A DNA stretch of 64,000 bases from an uncultured Caldisericota bacterium (GTDB lineage: Bacteria; Caldisericota; Caldisericia; UBA6126): positions 10,822-74,821 of the forward strand of contig CAZBOU010000001.1 of NCBI GenBank assembly GCA_964493625.1, given 5' to 3'. Made by a program: the position numbers and the translations under genes. This document shows, in pieces, positions 48,516-59,055 of the stretch (the stretch's first letter is position 1; each line of letters begins with the position of its first letter). Under the pieces are notes generated by a model. The model did not search any database. It was not told the origin of the DNA and worked only from the letters and a program-made list of their open reading frames with translations.

Positions 48516-49825
48516 AAGATCTTATTCAACAAGGAACCCTTCATTGTTTTATATGGAACAATGAAGGGTTCCTTGTTGATCCAACATCCAATTCAGTCTT
48601 TTCCTGCTGTGCAAAGGATGTTTTGGATATTAAAAAAGGACAACCCTCTACAGATATCTTAAAAGATATTGAAGAATTATATAACAAGGGCTTTTTCCAA
48701 GAAGAACCAGTACAATTTGAAGACAATCGAATAGTAAAATCACTTTGTTTGATCATGACAAGGAATTGCAATTTTCGTTGTCCCTATTGCTTCGAAAAGG
48801 GGTCATCCCATTTTTCTGAAGAAGTAATGCAACCTTCTGTTATTGAAAAAGCTTTTGAGCTTTTAGTGAAACAAAGCGGTGATCGACATGTTCTAGAGTG
48901 TGATTTTTTTGGGGGAGAACCCTTGTTGGCATGGGATTCTATACTGTATGCTATTTCTTTGTCTCAAAAAATTGAATTGGAAACAGGCAAACGATTTCGA
49001 TTTTCTTTGACAACCAATGCCTCTCTTCTTACCCCTGAAATGACGGATTTTCTGTATCACCATAATATCAGTTTGATACTCAGCCAAGATGGTACTCCCG
49101 ACAATCATAACCGCTTCCGAATCTCTTCCAATGGAAAACCAACCTATGAAACAGTGATGCAAGCGATTCTTCCGATTGCTCAAACGTGGAAGGAAGGCTA
49201 TTATGTGCGAGGAACGTATACAAAAAAGAATCTACATTTTGTAGAAGATGTTCAACATCTGTATTCTCAGGGGATCCAGAAAATCTCGTTTGAGCCAGTA
49301 GTGTCAGAACAAAATGACATTGGTTTTTCTTCTCAAGATCTTCCTATTTTGAAAGAAGAATACCAAAAACTCTCTTCTTGGGTTTTGGATGTCCTTGACA
49401 GGGATCCTAATTTTTCTTTCTATCATTTTGAAATGAACTTAAAACATGGTGCTTGTAAAGAAAAACTTATGACAAGTTGTGGCGCTGGAGTAGAGTATTT
49501 ATCTGTTTCTCCTGAGGGAGATTTATATCCATGTCATCAATTTGACGCCAATCCAGATTTTAAAATAGGAACCGTATGGGATGGCATTACCAATCCTTCC
49601 ATTGTACAAACCTGCAAACAATGTACGAATTTACTATTCAAACCAGCATGTGAAAAGTGCTGGTCTCGATACATTTGTGGGGGAGGTTGCTCTGCAAACA
49701 ATCTTCGAATGACGGGGCAGTTAAGAACCCCATGGGAGCTAGGTTGCGAAATTCAAAAATGTCGGATCGAAGCAGCGTTGTATGTGCAGGTGAAAAGCCA
49801 AAAGAAGACCAAGCCAAATACATAA
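48503..49825 (+). CDS. scfB: SCIFF radical SAM/SPASM thioether-forming maturase
   Basis: CNFRCPYC, DFFGGEP, YYVRGTYT and FEPVV, plus SPASM CGAG...PCHQF...CEKC...CGGGCSAN...C. Confidence 0.92.
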   Translation: MDLVKDLIQQGTLHCFIWNNEGFLVDPTSNSVFSCCAKDVLDIKKGQPSTDILKDIEELYNKGFFQEEPVQFEDNRIVKSLCLIMTRNCNFRCPYCFEKGSSHFSEEVMQPSVIEKAFELLVKQSGDRHVLECDFFGGEPLLAWDSILYAISLSQKIELETGKRFRFSLTTNASLLTPEMTDFLYHHNISLILSQDGTPDNHNRFRISSNGKPTYETVMQAILPIAQTWKEGYYVRGTYTKKNLHFVEDVQHLYSQGIQKISFEPVVSEQNDIGFSSQDLPILKEEYQKLSSWVLDVLDRDPNFSFYHFEMNLKHGACKEKLMTSCGAGVEYLSVSPEGDLYPCHQFDANPDFKIGTVWDGITNPSIVQTCKQCTNLLFKPACEKCWSRYICGGGCSANNLRMTGQLRTPWELGCEIQKCRIEAALYVQVKSQKKTKPNT

Positions 49826-49854
49826 AACGCAAGATCTCCTACTGGCCTTAGCTT

Positions 49855-51135
49855 TTATTGACCGATATCGCTTCGGTGTGTTTTACCTTCAAACTCTATG
49901 AAGTCAGCAAATTCATAAGCTTTTTTTGTGGATTCTTGGAGGCTTGTTCCCAGTCCAACAATATTGAGAACTCTTCCTCCTGCCGTTACTGTTTCTTGGT
50001 CTTTATTCTTCGTTCCTGCATGAAAACAAATACAGTCTTTGGTTTCTTTGAGAGTGTCTAGGCCATGAATAGGAAAACCTGTTTGGTAGTTCTCAGGATA
50101 GCCTTTTGAAGAAAGGACTATACAGGTTGCAGATGTATTCTTTTTCCATTCCAAACGATAGGATTCCGCAATTTTTTTGTTTTGTGCAATTTCAATCATC
50201 AGAGGCAGAAGATCGCTTTCAAGAAGCGGTAGTAAAACTTGTGATTCAGGGTCTCCGAACCGTACGTTGATTTCTAGCACAGTGGGTTGGTTATTTTTGT
50301 TGACGATAAGGCCAATAAACATCACTCCGGAATAAGGATTGTTCTCTTTTTGGAGTGCTTTCATCAGGGGTTTTACTACTTGGTGGCGGATGTTATGCAG
50401 AATATCATCTGTTACCCATGTAGCAGGAGCAACACTACCCATACCACCAGTATTAGGTCCTCGATTTTCATTGTATGCCTTTTTGTAATCTTGCGTAGGA
50501 AGGCAATCAAAATATTGATCTTGATTTACAATTACTTGATAGGACAATTCTTGCCCCTCTAAAAAGTCCTCTATCAGAATCTTCTCTCCTGCTTGCTTGA
50601 ATTTCTTATGCTCCATCATATCTAGGATAGAAGCTAAAGCTTCTTCTTTGTTGTATACAATATCCACTCCTTTTCCTTGTGCTAAGCCATCGGCCTTAAT
50701 AACAATGGGATATTGTTGAATAGATTCGAGATGGTAGATAGCATCGTCCTTGTTGAAAAAAGTTTCATAAGAAGCAGTAGGGATATTATATTTTGCTAAT
50801 AAATTTTTGGTATAGATTTTACTACCCTCTAGCGTTGAGGCATGTTTAGATGGACCAAAAACCAGAACAGTAGTATCTGCGAAGAAATCTTTGATTCCAT
50901 TGACCAGAGGTTGCTCTTTTCCCACGACAATCAAGTGGATTGAGTGTCCTTTACAAAAATTTTCCAACGAGGGAAAATCTAGAATATCAGGTTGAGAATG
51001 GATTTGGGCAATTTCTTGTATTCCTGCGTTTCCAGGAATACAATGTAAATCTCCCATGAGAGGGCTTTGTGCAAGTTTCCAACAAAGAGCATGTTCTCGA
51101 CCACCACTCCCTAAAACTAAAACATTGTATTTCAT
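49855..51135 (-). CDS. purD: phosphoribosylamine--glycine ligase
   Basis: GSGGREHA, LEGSK, KADGLA.GKGV, GPNTGGMG and RFGDPE. Confidence 0.96.
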   Translation of the reverse strand: MKYNVLVLGSGGREHALCWKLAQSPLMGDLHCIPGNAGIQEIAQIHSQPDILDFPSLENFCKGHSIHLIVVGKEQPLVNGIKDFFADTTVLVFGPSKHASTLEGSKIYTKNLLAKYNIPTASYETFFNKDDAIYHLESIQQYPIVIKADGLAQGKGVDIVYNKEEALASILDMMEHKKFKQAGEKILIEDFLEGQELSYQVIVNQDQYFDCLPTQDYKKAYNENRGPNTGGMGSVAPATWVTDDILHNIRHQVVKPLMKALQKENNPYSGVMFIGLIVNKNNQPTVLEINVRFGDPESQVLLPLLESDLLPLMIEIAQNKKIAESYRLEWKKNTSATCIVLSSKGYPENYQTGFPIHGLDTLKETKDCICFHAGTKNKDQETVTAGGRVLNIVGLGTSLQESTKKAYEFADFIEFEGKTHRSDIGQ

Positions 51136-51163
51136 ATCCAGCTCCTTTCTTTACGAAAGATGG

Positions 51164-52702
51164 TTAATGGAGGAAGTGTCTTTGCCCGGTAAAAACAAGA
51201 GTTATACCTTGTTTGCGTGCTTCCTCAATGACCTTTTTGTCATTGATGGAACCTCCTGGTTCTACTACAATTCGTACGCCATAGTCAGCTGCTTCCTGTA
51301 TCGAATCAGGGAAAGGAAAGAACGCATCGGAGCACAACATGCTCCCTGATAGTTCATGGGGGAATCTTTCTTTGGCATGAGATAAAGCAATTCGGCAGCT
51401 ATCAATTCGATTTGGCTGACCCCCTCCGATCCCCAAAACATGTAGGTTGTTACAGAGTAAAATAGCATTTGATTTAACATATTTTAAGGTTTTCATCCCA
51501 AAAAGGAGATCCTTTTGTTCTTTTGTAGATAAGGGATTTCCACATACAACTTCCATCTGTTTTACAACTTCTTGGTCTTTATCTTGTATCAATATCCCAT
51601 TGGAGGCATCTCGTAGGTGATAAGGAAGGGAATCATAGATTTTGTGCTCCAAAAGCCGAATATTTTTCTTTTTGGTAAGGATTGCAAATGCCTCTTTGGA
51701 ATAAGAAGGGGCACAAACTACGTCGACAAAAATGGATTGTATGTGCTCTGCTATCGGGATCGTGATCTCTTGATTAAAGATGAATACACCACCAAAGGCA
51801 GAGACGGGATCGCACTGGTAAGCTTTGGTATAGGCTGTTTGTATATCATGGGCTACAGCTGCCCCGCAAGGATTCGTGTGTTTCAAGATAATACATGCGG
51901 GTAGGTCTTTTCCATATTCGTTCAGTAGGTCCAAACCTTGAGAAACGTCTATAAGATTGTTGTAAGATAGACTTTTTCCATGGCGTTTTTCGCACCCTAA
52001 AGGAAGAGATGGTTGTTGATATGCATTGGAAAGAAGGCTAAAAAAACCAGCTTTTTGATGAGGGTTCTCTCCATATCGAAGAGCAAGATTTTTTTGTAAA
52101 AACAAAGGCTGAATACTTTCATCAGAAAAAGTCTGTGCGATATGGGCATCATACATGCTTGTGTGCAAAAAGGATTGAACCATACATTTCGTCGAAAACT
52201 CGTCCGAAATGCTCCCGTTTTGTTGCGTAAATTCGTCTACAAAACTAGAATATTGGGAAGGATCTGACAGCGTCACACATTCCAGATAATTTTTGCCAGA
52301 TGCACGAAGAAGGGAAACTCCTCCAATATCAATCAAATCAAGTTTTTCTTCAAGGGGTGTCTGGGGGGAAGTGTTTTGTGAGAATGGGTACAAATTAACA
52401 CAAACCAAATCAAATTTTGTAATTTGATGCTGTTTGTTTTCTTCTACTTCTGAAGGTATTCGGGATCTACCCAAAATACCTCCGAAAATTTTTGGGTGAA
52501 GTGTTTTTACTCGACCATGTAAAATAGGAGGAAACTCCGTATATTTCTCCACTTTTTCACAAGTATAACCCATTTTGGCAATAGCAGACTGTGTGCTTTC
52601 GGTTGCATACAAGTGAACACCAGCATTGGAAAGAACATCAACAAGGATTTTGAGATCCGTTTTATTAGATACAGAAAGTAAGGCATTTTTAATTGTTATC
52701 AT
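51164..52702 (-). CDS. purH: bifunctional AICAR transformylase/IMP cyclohydrolase
   Basis: GRVKTLHP, IDIGG, LRYGENPHQ, KHTNPCG, SDAFFPF and RHF.H. Confidence 0.96.
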   Translation of the reverse strand: MITIKNALLSVSNKTDLKILVDVLSNAGVHLYATESTQSAIAKMGYTCEKVEKYTEFPPILHGRVKTLHPKIFGGILGRSRIPSEVEENKQHQITKFDLVCVNLYPFSQNTSPQTPLEEKLDLIDIGGVSLLRASGKNYLECVTLSDPSQYSSFVDEFTQQNGSISDEFSTKCMVQSFLHTSMYDAHIAQTFSDESIQPLFLQKNLALRYGENPHQKAGFFSLLSNAYQQPSLPLGCEKRHGKSLSYNNLIDVSQGLDLLNEYGKDLPACIILKHTNPCGAAVAHDIQTAYTKAYQCDPVSAFGGVFIFNQEITIPIAEHIQSIFVDVVCAPSYSKEAFAILTKKKNIRLLEHKIYDSLPYHLRDASNGILIQDKDQEVVKQMEVVCGNPLSTKEQKDLLFGMKTLKYVKSNAILLCNNLHVLGIGGGQPNRIDSCRIALSHAKERFPHELSGSMLCSDAFFPFPDSIQEAADYGVRIVVEPGGSINDKKVIEEARKQGITLVFTGQRHFLH

Positions 52703-53309
52703 CGTAGACTAAAACTCTCCTTCCCATGATTTCATAATGGCCATCTATGACGATTTTTAAAACTTCTGGCAGTAGGATGTGTTCTCGCTCAAGAATACGA
52801 AGAGACAAAGATTCTTCAGAGTCATCATTGAATACGGGAATAATTTCTTGGGCAAAGATAGGTCCTGCATCAACATTGTCTGTAACCAAATGAACGGTGC
52901 ATCCAGCAAACTTTACCCCATATTCCAGAGCTCTTTTTTGAGCATTTAACCCTGGGAAGGCAGGGAGAAGTGCAGGGTGAATGTTTAGAATGGGTCCTGC
53001 AAACTGTTGTACAAAGTGAGAAGAGAGAATCCTCATAAAACCTGCTAATACAATAATATCAATAGCATGTTTTTGAGTCACTTCTAGCAGTTTTTCTTCG
53101 TACAAACCGCGAGAAGAGAAGCATCGATGATTCACTACATATGTTTGGATCTGATGATCTTTGGCGATTTGAAGACCTTTTGCATCTTTTCGATTAGCCA
53201 AAACAAAAGGAATATTGCAATCCAAAAATCCCGTGTCCCTTTTCTTTAAAATAGCCTCTAGGTTGCTACCTTTTCCTGAAATGAATACTGCGACATTCTT
53301 TTTTGCCAT
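52689..53309 (-). CDS. purN: phosphoribosylglycinamide formyltransferase
   Basis: SGKGSNL, LAGFMRIL, NIHPALLP.F.G and GCTVH. Confidence 0.96.
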   Translation of the reverse strand: MAKKNVAVFISGKGSNLEAILKKRDTGFLDCNIPFVLANRKDAKGLQIAKDHQIQTYVVNHRCFSSRGLYEEKLLEVTQKHAIDIIVLAGFMRILSSHFVQQFAGPILNIHPALLPAFPGLNAQKRALEYGVKFAGCTVHLVTDNVDAGPIFAQEIIPVFNDDSEESLSLRILEREHILLPEVLKIVIDGHYEIMGRRVLVYDDNN

Positions 53310-53316
53310 ACTTACC

Positions 53317-55461
53317 TCATTGCAAATAGTGAGTTAATGATTGTTGATGTAATTGTTCTATTGAAGAAATAGAAAGCTCCATGACGTCTTCTATGATGAA
53401 ACGGTTTTCAATCGTTTTTCCAATAATATCCAAAGGGGCAACACCTTTAAGCTGGTTTTGAATGCGATCAAGATATTCAGCTGGAAAGGTAATGAGATAG
53501 CGACTATTGGATTCGCTCATCAAATAGGAGGCAGGAGTAAATTCGTGGAAAATCTTGTGAATATGAAGCCCAATATGTTTGGGTAGCATGGATTTAACAA
53601 TCGCATACCATAACCCACCACGATCTACACTTATACAGCTTGAAACATGCGATTCAAGAACAAATTCTCGAATGACATCTTGCGTCTTTTTTTCTACCAA
53701 GATATCGATACGCGGAATCGAATCTGTTTGGAGATATTCTTTTTTTGTTTTTCCAACAACGGCACAAATCAAGTCACTTTTGGGAAAAGAAAGAATTGGT
53801 TTTGTACGAAGAGTTCCTGTTCCAATCATTCCTATTACAGGAGTAGGATAAATTCTCTGTTTTTCGCCTTCGTTATAGAAACTTACATTGCCAGACACTA
53901 CAGGGGATTTCAAAACAGACAACGCATCGTTCATCCCCTTGATAGTTTCGGAAAACTCCCACATTGTATGTTCTTGTGTAGGATCTCCGAAGTTCAAACA
54001 ATTGGTAATAGCTGCGGGGGTAAGACCAAGAGAAGTAATACGCCTTGCAGCAATAGCACAAACTGTTTTTGCTCCTTCATAGGGATCGATAGAGCATAGT
54101 TCTCCTCGGCTTAGAAGAGTCATGCCCACAAAATGGTCTGTCTCGGGGATATGAATGCAACTAGGTCCAAGACCAGGTTTTTCTATTGTACTTGCATACA
54201 ATGTAGAATCGTATTGGTCATGAATCCAATTTTTTGATCCGAAATTTGGATTTTTTAGTTGCTGGCATAAAAAAGATTCAGTTTGGTCTACCGGAATATT
54301 GGATGGGACATTGGGTACAGTTGTTTTGATTCGTGGATTACGGATTGGTTTTGTTGTATTTTCTGGCGGATCAAGAAGCAGCTTGATAGGAACATTACAG
54401 TGGCACGTATCATCGGTAAAAATTTCAATACACCCTGTTTCTGTAATGACACCGATTTCAGCGTAATCAAGTTCCCACTTATCCAGTATTTCTTGTATAC
54501 GACCTTCTTTTCCTTGTTTTGCTATCAATAGCATTCTTTCTTGTGATTCTGAAAGCATGATCTCTATGGGAGTGATCCCTGGTTCTCTTCGAGGAACTTT
54601 TTGCAAGTCAATGCGAATTCCCAGTTCTCCCTTGCCTGCCATTTCAACAGAAGAGCTTGTTATACCGGCAGCACCCATATCTTGAATGGCTTCCACAAGG
54701 TCTTCCTGAATGATTTCTAAGGTGGCTTCAATAAGTAATTTTTCCAAGAAGGGATCTCCCACTTGAACGCTTCCCTTTCTTTGTTTACGATCCTCATCCA
54801 AAACACCAGAGGCAAAAGACGCTCCATGCAAACCGTCTCTCCCCGTTTTTGCTCCAAGGTAGATAACCGTAGCGCCAGGAGTTTTGGCAATACTCCTTCG
54901 AAGGTTCTTTTTATCTAGTATTCCAACAACCATAGCATTAACCAAAGGATTTTCGTCATAACAGGAAGCAAAATGTGTTTCTCCTCCTATAGTGGGAACA
55001 CCAACGCAGTTTCCATAGAATGAAATTCCTTCTACCACTCCATTAAGAAGATAACGAGATCGAGGAGAGCTGGGATAATCAAAATGAAGAGAGTCCATAC
55101 CTGCAATAGGTCTTGCCCCCATGGTAAAGATATCTCGAATGATACCACCTACGCCTGTAGCGGCACCCTGGAAAGGCTCAACGGCAGAAGGGTGGTTGTG
55201 ACTTTCCACTTTGAATGTAATATAAAGGGAGTCGGTTAATCGAATAACCCCTGCATTTTCACCGGGACCTTCGATGACTTGTTCCCCTTTTGTGTAAAGT
55301 TGGGAAAGGTATCTTTTGCTGCTTCTATAACTGCAATGTTCGCTCCACATGGCTGAAAACAAACCAAGTTCAACAAGTTTAGGTTCTTTTTTCAACCGAC
55401 GGACAATCTCGTGATAATCACTAGGATGGAGATTTAATTCTTTGAGCAATTTAGGATTCAT
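53317..55461 (-). CDS. purL: FGAM synthase subunit PurL (small type)
   Basis: WSEHCSY, ESHNHPS, QDMGAAG and SESQERM. ATG 55461 overlaps the purQ stop. Confidence 0.96.
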   Translation of the reverse strand: MNPKLLKELNLHPSDYHEIVRRLKKEPKLVELGLFSAMWSEHCSYRSSKRYLSQLYTKGEQVIEGPGENAGVIRLTDSLYITFKVESHNHPSAVEPFQGAATGVGGIIRDIFTMGARPIAGMDSLHFDYPSSPRSRYLLNGVVEGISFYGNCVGVPTIGGETHFASCYDENPLVNAMVVGILDKKNLRRSIAKTPGATVIYLGAKTGRDGLHGASFASGVLDEDRKQRKGSVQVGDPFLEKLLIEATLEIIQEDLVEAIQDMGAAGITSSSVEMAGKGELGIRIDLQKVPRREPGITPIEIMLSESQERMLLIAKQGKEGRIQEILDKWELDYAEIGVITETGCIEIFTDDTCHCNVPIKLLLDPPENTTKPIRNPRIKTTVPNVPSNIPVDQTESFLCQQLKNPNFGSKNWIHDQYDSTLYASTIEKPGLGPSCIHIPETDHFVGMTLLSRGELCSIDPYEGAKTVCAIAARRITSLGLTPAAITNCLNFGDPTQEHTMWEFSETIKGMNDALSVLKSPVVSGNVSFYNEGEKQRIYPTPVIGMIGTGTLRTKPILSFPKSDLICAVVGKTKKEYLQTDSIPRIDILVEKKTQDVIREFVLESHVSSCISVDRGGLWYAIVKSMLPKHIGLHIHKIFHEFTPASYLMSESNSRYLITFPAEYLDRIQNQLKGVAPLDIIGKTIENRFIIEDVMELSISSIEQLHQQSLTHYLQ

Positions 55462-56129
55462 GGTTGTGCCTCCAAATGTGCGAGCAAGGATTGAAACACC
55501 TGCAAACCGTCCGATGTTCTGATCCAATCGGACAAAGCTCTTTCAGGATGAGGCATTAGACCTACGACATTGTGTTCTTTATTGGAAATGCCAGCAATAT
55601 CCCAATGGGACCCATTGGGATTATCTGTATACTGAAAAACAATTTGATGATTTTCTTGGAGAGTATGTAGGGTTGCTGGATCCGCTTGATAGTTTCCGTC
55701 TTTATGTGCAATGGGTAGAGTGATTCTTTGACCCATTGCGAAATGTTTTGTAAACGGTGTTTGGTTGGATGTAACGAGCAAAGAAATATCTTGGGAGATA
55801 AAACGGGTCGTTGTATTTCGAAGAAGAGTACCTGGCAAAAGACCAGATTCTGTTAGAATTTGAAAACCATTGCAAATACCAATGACAGGACCTCCATTGA
55901 CTGCAAATCTTTTCACTGCTTGCATAATGGGAGAATGAGAGGCAATAGAGCCAGGTCGCAAATAATCACCATAAGAAAAACCTCCTGGCAGAATGATTGC
56001 ATCTGTATCAATGGTAGCATCTTTATGCCACAGAGGAACTGCTTTCGCGCGCAATCCTATTTCAACAGCTCGGATTGCATCAAGGTCGCAGTTCGACCCA
56101 GGGAAAATGACGACTCCAACTCTTAACAT
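55458..56129 (-). CDS. purQ: FGAM synthase glutaminase subunit
   Basis: FPGSNCD, PGGFSYGDYLR, GICNGFQ and MPHPER. Confidence 0.96.
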   Translation of the reverse strand: MLRVGVVIFPGSNCDLDAIRAVEIGLRAKAVPLWHKDATIDTDAIILPGGFSYGDYLRPGSIASHSPIMQAVKRFAVNGGPVIGICNGFQILTESGLLPGTLLRNTTTRFISQDISLLVTSNQTPFTKHFAMGQRITLPIAHKDGNYQADPATLHTLQENHQIVFQYTDNPNGSHWDIAGISNKEHNVVGLMPHPERALSDWIRTSDGLQVFQSLLAHLEAQP

Positions 56130-56371
56130 GGTTCAACGTTGACGGTGTATTCTTCAGTTAAAGGATTGGCTAACAAGTCTTGACACATTTTTATTCCAAT
56201 GTCATAGGCTTCTTCTTTAGAATTTCCGTCTAGTGTGATTACAATATGCTTACCAATACGCACTTGTTCTGCATTTGTATATCCAAGGTTCAAGAGTGCA
56301 TGTTGCACTGCTTTGCCTTGTGGGTCTAAAATATCTTTCTTAGGATCTACATTAATGGTTACTTTATACAT
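56123..56371 (-). CDS. purS: FGAM synthase subunit PurS
   Basis: LDPQG, VRIGK and LLANP..E.Y. Confidence 0.95.
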   Translation of the reverse strand: MYKVTINVDPKKDILDPQGKAVQHALLNLGYTNAEQVRIGKHIVITLDGNSKEEAYDIGIKMCQDLLANPLTEEYTVNVEPC

Positions 56372-57662
56372 CGATGCCAGTCCTTTCGTATATATAATTT
56401 ACATTTTTCAGATACGGTGAAGCAGAAAACATGGAATCTATTTCTTTGGATGATATGTACGGTTTGATTTCAGATGAATTCTGCAAGATGTCTTTTAGAG
56501 AAGTCTTGTTTTGAAAGGCTTGAAAAGAAAGCTTTTGAACAAGCGCATAGGCATCTTCTCTTGAGAATCCCTTTTCAATCAACAAAGTAAGTACTTTTTG
56601 GGAGGCGAACACCCCATACGTTAACCACAGATTTTTTTCAATCTGATCCTCGTGCAAGAGCAGCCCATCAATGACATGTGTAAATTTTTGGATCAAATAA
56701 TCAAGGGCAATGCTGCTATCGGGAAGGATAACTCTTTCCGCTGAGGAATGAGAAATATCTCGCTCATGCCATAGGGCAATATTCTCAAAGGCTGTCAGAG
56801 CATATCCTCGCAGTAGCCTTGCTAAGCCGCATACACGTTCAGAAAGGATAGGATTTTTCTTATGAGGCATAGCCGAAGAGCCCTTTTGACCTTTTCCGAA
56901 AGGTTCTTGTACTTCAGCTACCTCACTTCTTTGTAAATGCCGTATTTCGGTTGCAAACTGTTCGAAGGAGCTGCCAATTAGGGCCAGGGTAGAAACATAA
57001 TGAGCATGAACGTCTCTCTGAATGATTTGTGTAGCAACAGGGGCTGCAACTAAATCGAGTTCTTTTAAAACAAATTCTTCAATCCCAGGGTTGGTATTAA
57101 TGAAATTTCCTACCGCTCCGGATAATTTTGCCTGGGTAACTTCTTTTCGAACTTCCTTTAAACGGTGTATGTTTTGCAATGTGACGGAATACCACAGGGC
57201 AAATTTTAATCCAAAAGAGGTGGGTTCTGCATGAATTCCATGGGTTCTACCAATAGTAAGAATATCCTTGGTTTCAATGGCCCTTCTTTTACAGACTTCA
57301 GCGAAATGGTTCAAATCTTCTAGTAGTCTGTCGACAGATTCTCTTAACTGAAGAGCCAGTCCCGTGTCCAAAATATCGGAAGAAGTTGCACCCATGTGTA
57401 CATACCGACCAGCTGGACCAATATTTTCTGCAACATTTGTAACAAAAGCAATAACATCGTGATGGGTTACTGATTCAATCTCTTGAATACGATCCAATTG
57501 AAAATCTGCTTTCTTAAGAATGAGCGCAAGATCTTGATCAGAAATTTTTCCTTCACGGTTCCAAGCTTTGCATATGGCAAGCTCGACCTGCAGCATTTGG
57601 TGTGTTTTGTTTTCATCTGACCATATACGAGCCATTTTTGGGTATGAATATCGAGGAATCAT
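56364..57662 (-). CDS. purB: adenylosuccinate lyase
   Basis: HDVIAF, GRTHGIHAEP, GSSAMPHKKNP and WHERDISHS. Confidence 0.96.
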   Translation of the reverse strand: MIPRYSYPKMARIWSDENKTHQMLQVELAICKAWNREGKISDQDLALILKKADFQLDRIQEIESVTHHDVIAFVTNVAENIGPAGRYVHMGATSSDILDTGLALQLRESVDRLLEDLNHFAEVCKRRAIETKDILTIGRTHGIHAEPTSFGLKFALWYSVTLQNIHRLKEVRKEVTQAKLSGAVGNFINTNPGIEEFVLKELDLVAAPVATQIIQRDVHAHYVSTLALIGSSFEQFATEIRHLQRSEVAEVQEPFGKGQKGSSAMPHKKNPILSERVCGLARLLRGYALTAFENIALWHERDISHSSAERVILPDSSIALDYLIQKFTHVIDGLLLHEDQIEKNLWLTYGVFASQKVLTLLIEKGFSREDAYALVQKLSFQAFQNKTSLKDILQNSSEIKPYISSKEIDSMFSASPYLKNVNYIYERTGIDV

Positions 57663-58912
57663 TTATGAATTGTCTCCTTTTCTCCAGGACCAACAGAGAT
57701 AATATTGATAGGGCATGCAATTGTATCTTCAATAAACTGAATGTATTTTTTTGCATTGGGGGGAAGATCTTCCCACGTTTTACAGTCCCTTGTAGACTTA
57801 TTCCAGCCAGGAAATGTTTGATAGATTAATTCGGATTCAGAGAATGTGGGAGAAAACCCATGTTTGTATCCTGTGCAAATAGATATTTCAGAAAAAGAGT
57901 CCAAGACATCCAATTTCATAAGTGCTATCGAAGTAGCGCCATTAACGTTTATGGCATATTGTAGGGCAGGAAGATCCAGCCAACCACAGCGTCTTGGACG
58001 GCCAGTTGTGGCACCAAATTCATGACCTTCTTTGGCCAGTTTTTCTCCTACATCGTTCTTTTGTTCTGTGGGGAAGGGTCCTTCTCCTACTCTTGTTACA
58101 TATGCCTTTGCGATGCCTAGTACATGACGGATACTAGAAGGTGGCACCCCAGCTCCGGTTGCAGCCCCGCCAATAGTGGTAGGGGAAGATGTCACGTATG
58201 GGTAGGATCCGTAATTAATATCAAGCAGTGTTCCCTGAGCTCCTTCAAAAAGAATGCCTTTTTCTTTTTTGATGGCATCTCTGAGGATTGAGCCAGTGTC
58301 TGCAATCATGGATTGTAGATTTTTAGCATACATCAAGTAGTCATCACAGATTTTTTGTGCATCCAATCGAACGGGTTCTTGGCTAATTTGGTTAAGGAAA
58401 ATTTCTTTTTCTTGAATAGTTTCTTTCAATTCTTTCAAAAAAGTTACAGGTTGTAACATGGATCGCATTCGGATCCCGGTTCTATTGATTTTATCCCCAT
58501 AAACAGGACCTATACCTCGTTTTGTGGTTCCAATTTTGCAAGAACGGTTTTTCTCCAAAATTGTATCCATTTCTATGTGCCAGGGAAATATTATGTGAGC
58601 GTTATCACTGATATAGAGACGATTTTGGACAGAGTCCGTAAGGTGATTTGCTTCTTGAATCTCTTTCCAAAGAATTCGCGGGTCAACGACAGTACCATCT
58701 CCAATAATGCCTATAACAGAAGGATGAAGAATGCCCGAAGGAAGGATATGGAAAACAAAAGATTGGCCGTTTTGTACGATGGTATGACCTGCGTTATTGC
58801 CACCATTAAAACGAACAACATAGGCAAAATCGCGAGATAGTCGATGTACAATTTTCCCTTTTCCTTCGTCCCCCCATTGCATACCAACAATACCCAATGT
58901 ATTACACATCAT
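57659..58912 (-). CDS. purA: adenylosuccinate synthetase
   Basis: QWGDEGKGK, GGNNAGHT, EGAQG and TTGRPRRCGWLD. Start at 58912 or 58909 after AAGGAG. Confidence 0.96.
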   Translation of the reverse strand: MMCNTLGIVGMQWGDEGKGKIVHRLSRDFAYVVRFNGGNNAGHTIVQNGQSFVFHILPSGILHPSVIGIIGDGTVVDPRILWKEIQEANHLTDSVQNRLYISDNAHIIFPWHIEMDTILEKNRSCKIGTTKRGIGPVYGDKINRTGIRMRSMLQPVTFLKELKETIQEKEIFLNQISQEPVRLDAQKICDDYLMYAKNLQSMIADTGSILRDAIKKEKGILFEGAQGTLLDINYGSYPYVTSSPTTIGGAATGAGVPPSSIRHVLGIAKAYVTRVGEGPFPTEQKNDVGEKLAKEGHEFGATTGRPRRCGWLDLPALQYAINVNGATSIALMKLDVLDSFSEISICTGYKHGFSPTFSESELIYQTFPGWNKSTRDCKTWEDLPPNAKKYIQFIEDTIACPINIISVGPGEKETIHK

Positions 58913-59055
58913 ATTCACTCCTTGTAAAATCAACTACACCTACTAGTATATGAAAGGAGGGAGCGATATAAAGCATAATCCGTAACGGAATTGTTGTTTT
59001 TACATTTGACAAATGAAGTGTTAGGATACAATAGATTTTTGTTAGGATTTCATTT

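Noticed and set aside
58913-59055. Purine or ZTP riboswitch before purA, and an atp promoter
   Set aside because: No aptamer consensus is visible on the minus strand. The TTGACA...TACAAT pair on the plus strand has only a 15-bp spacer, so I did not call it.
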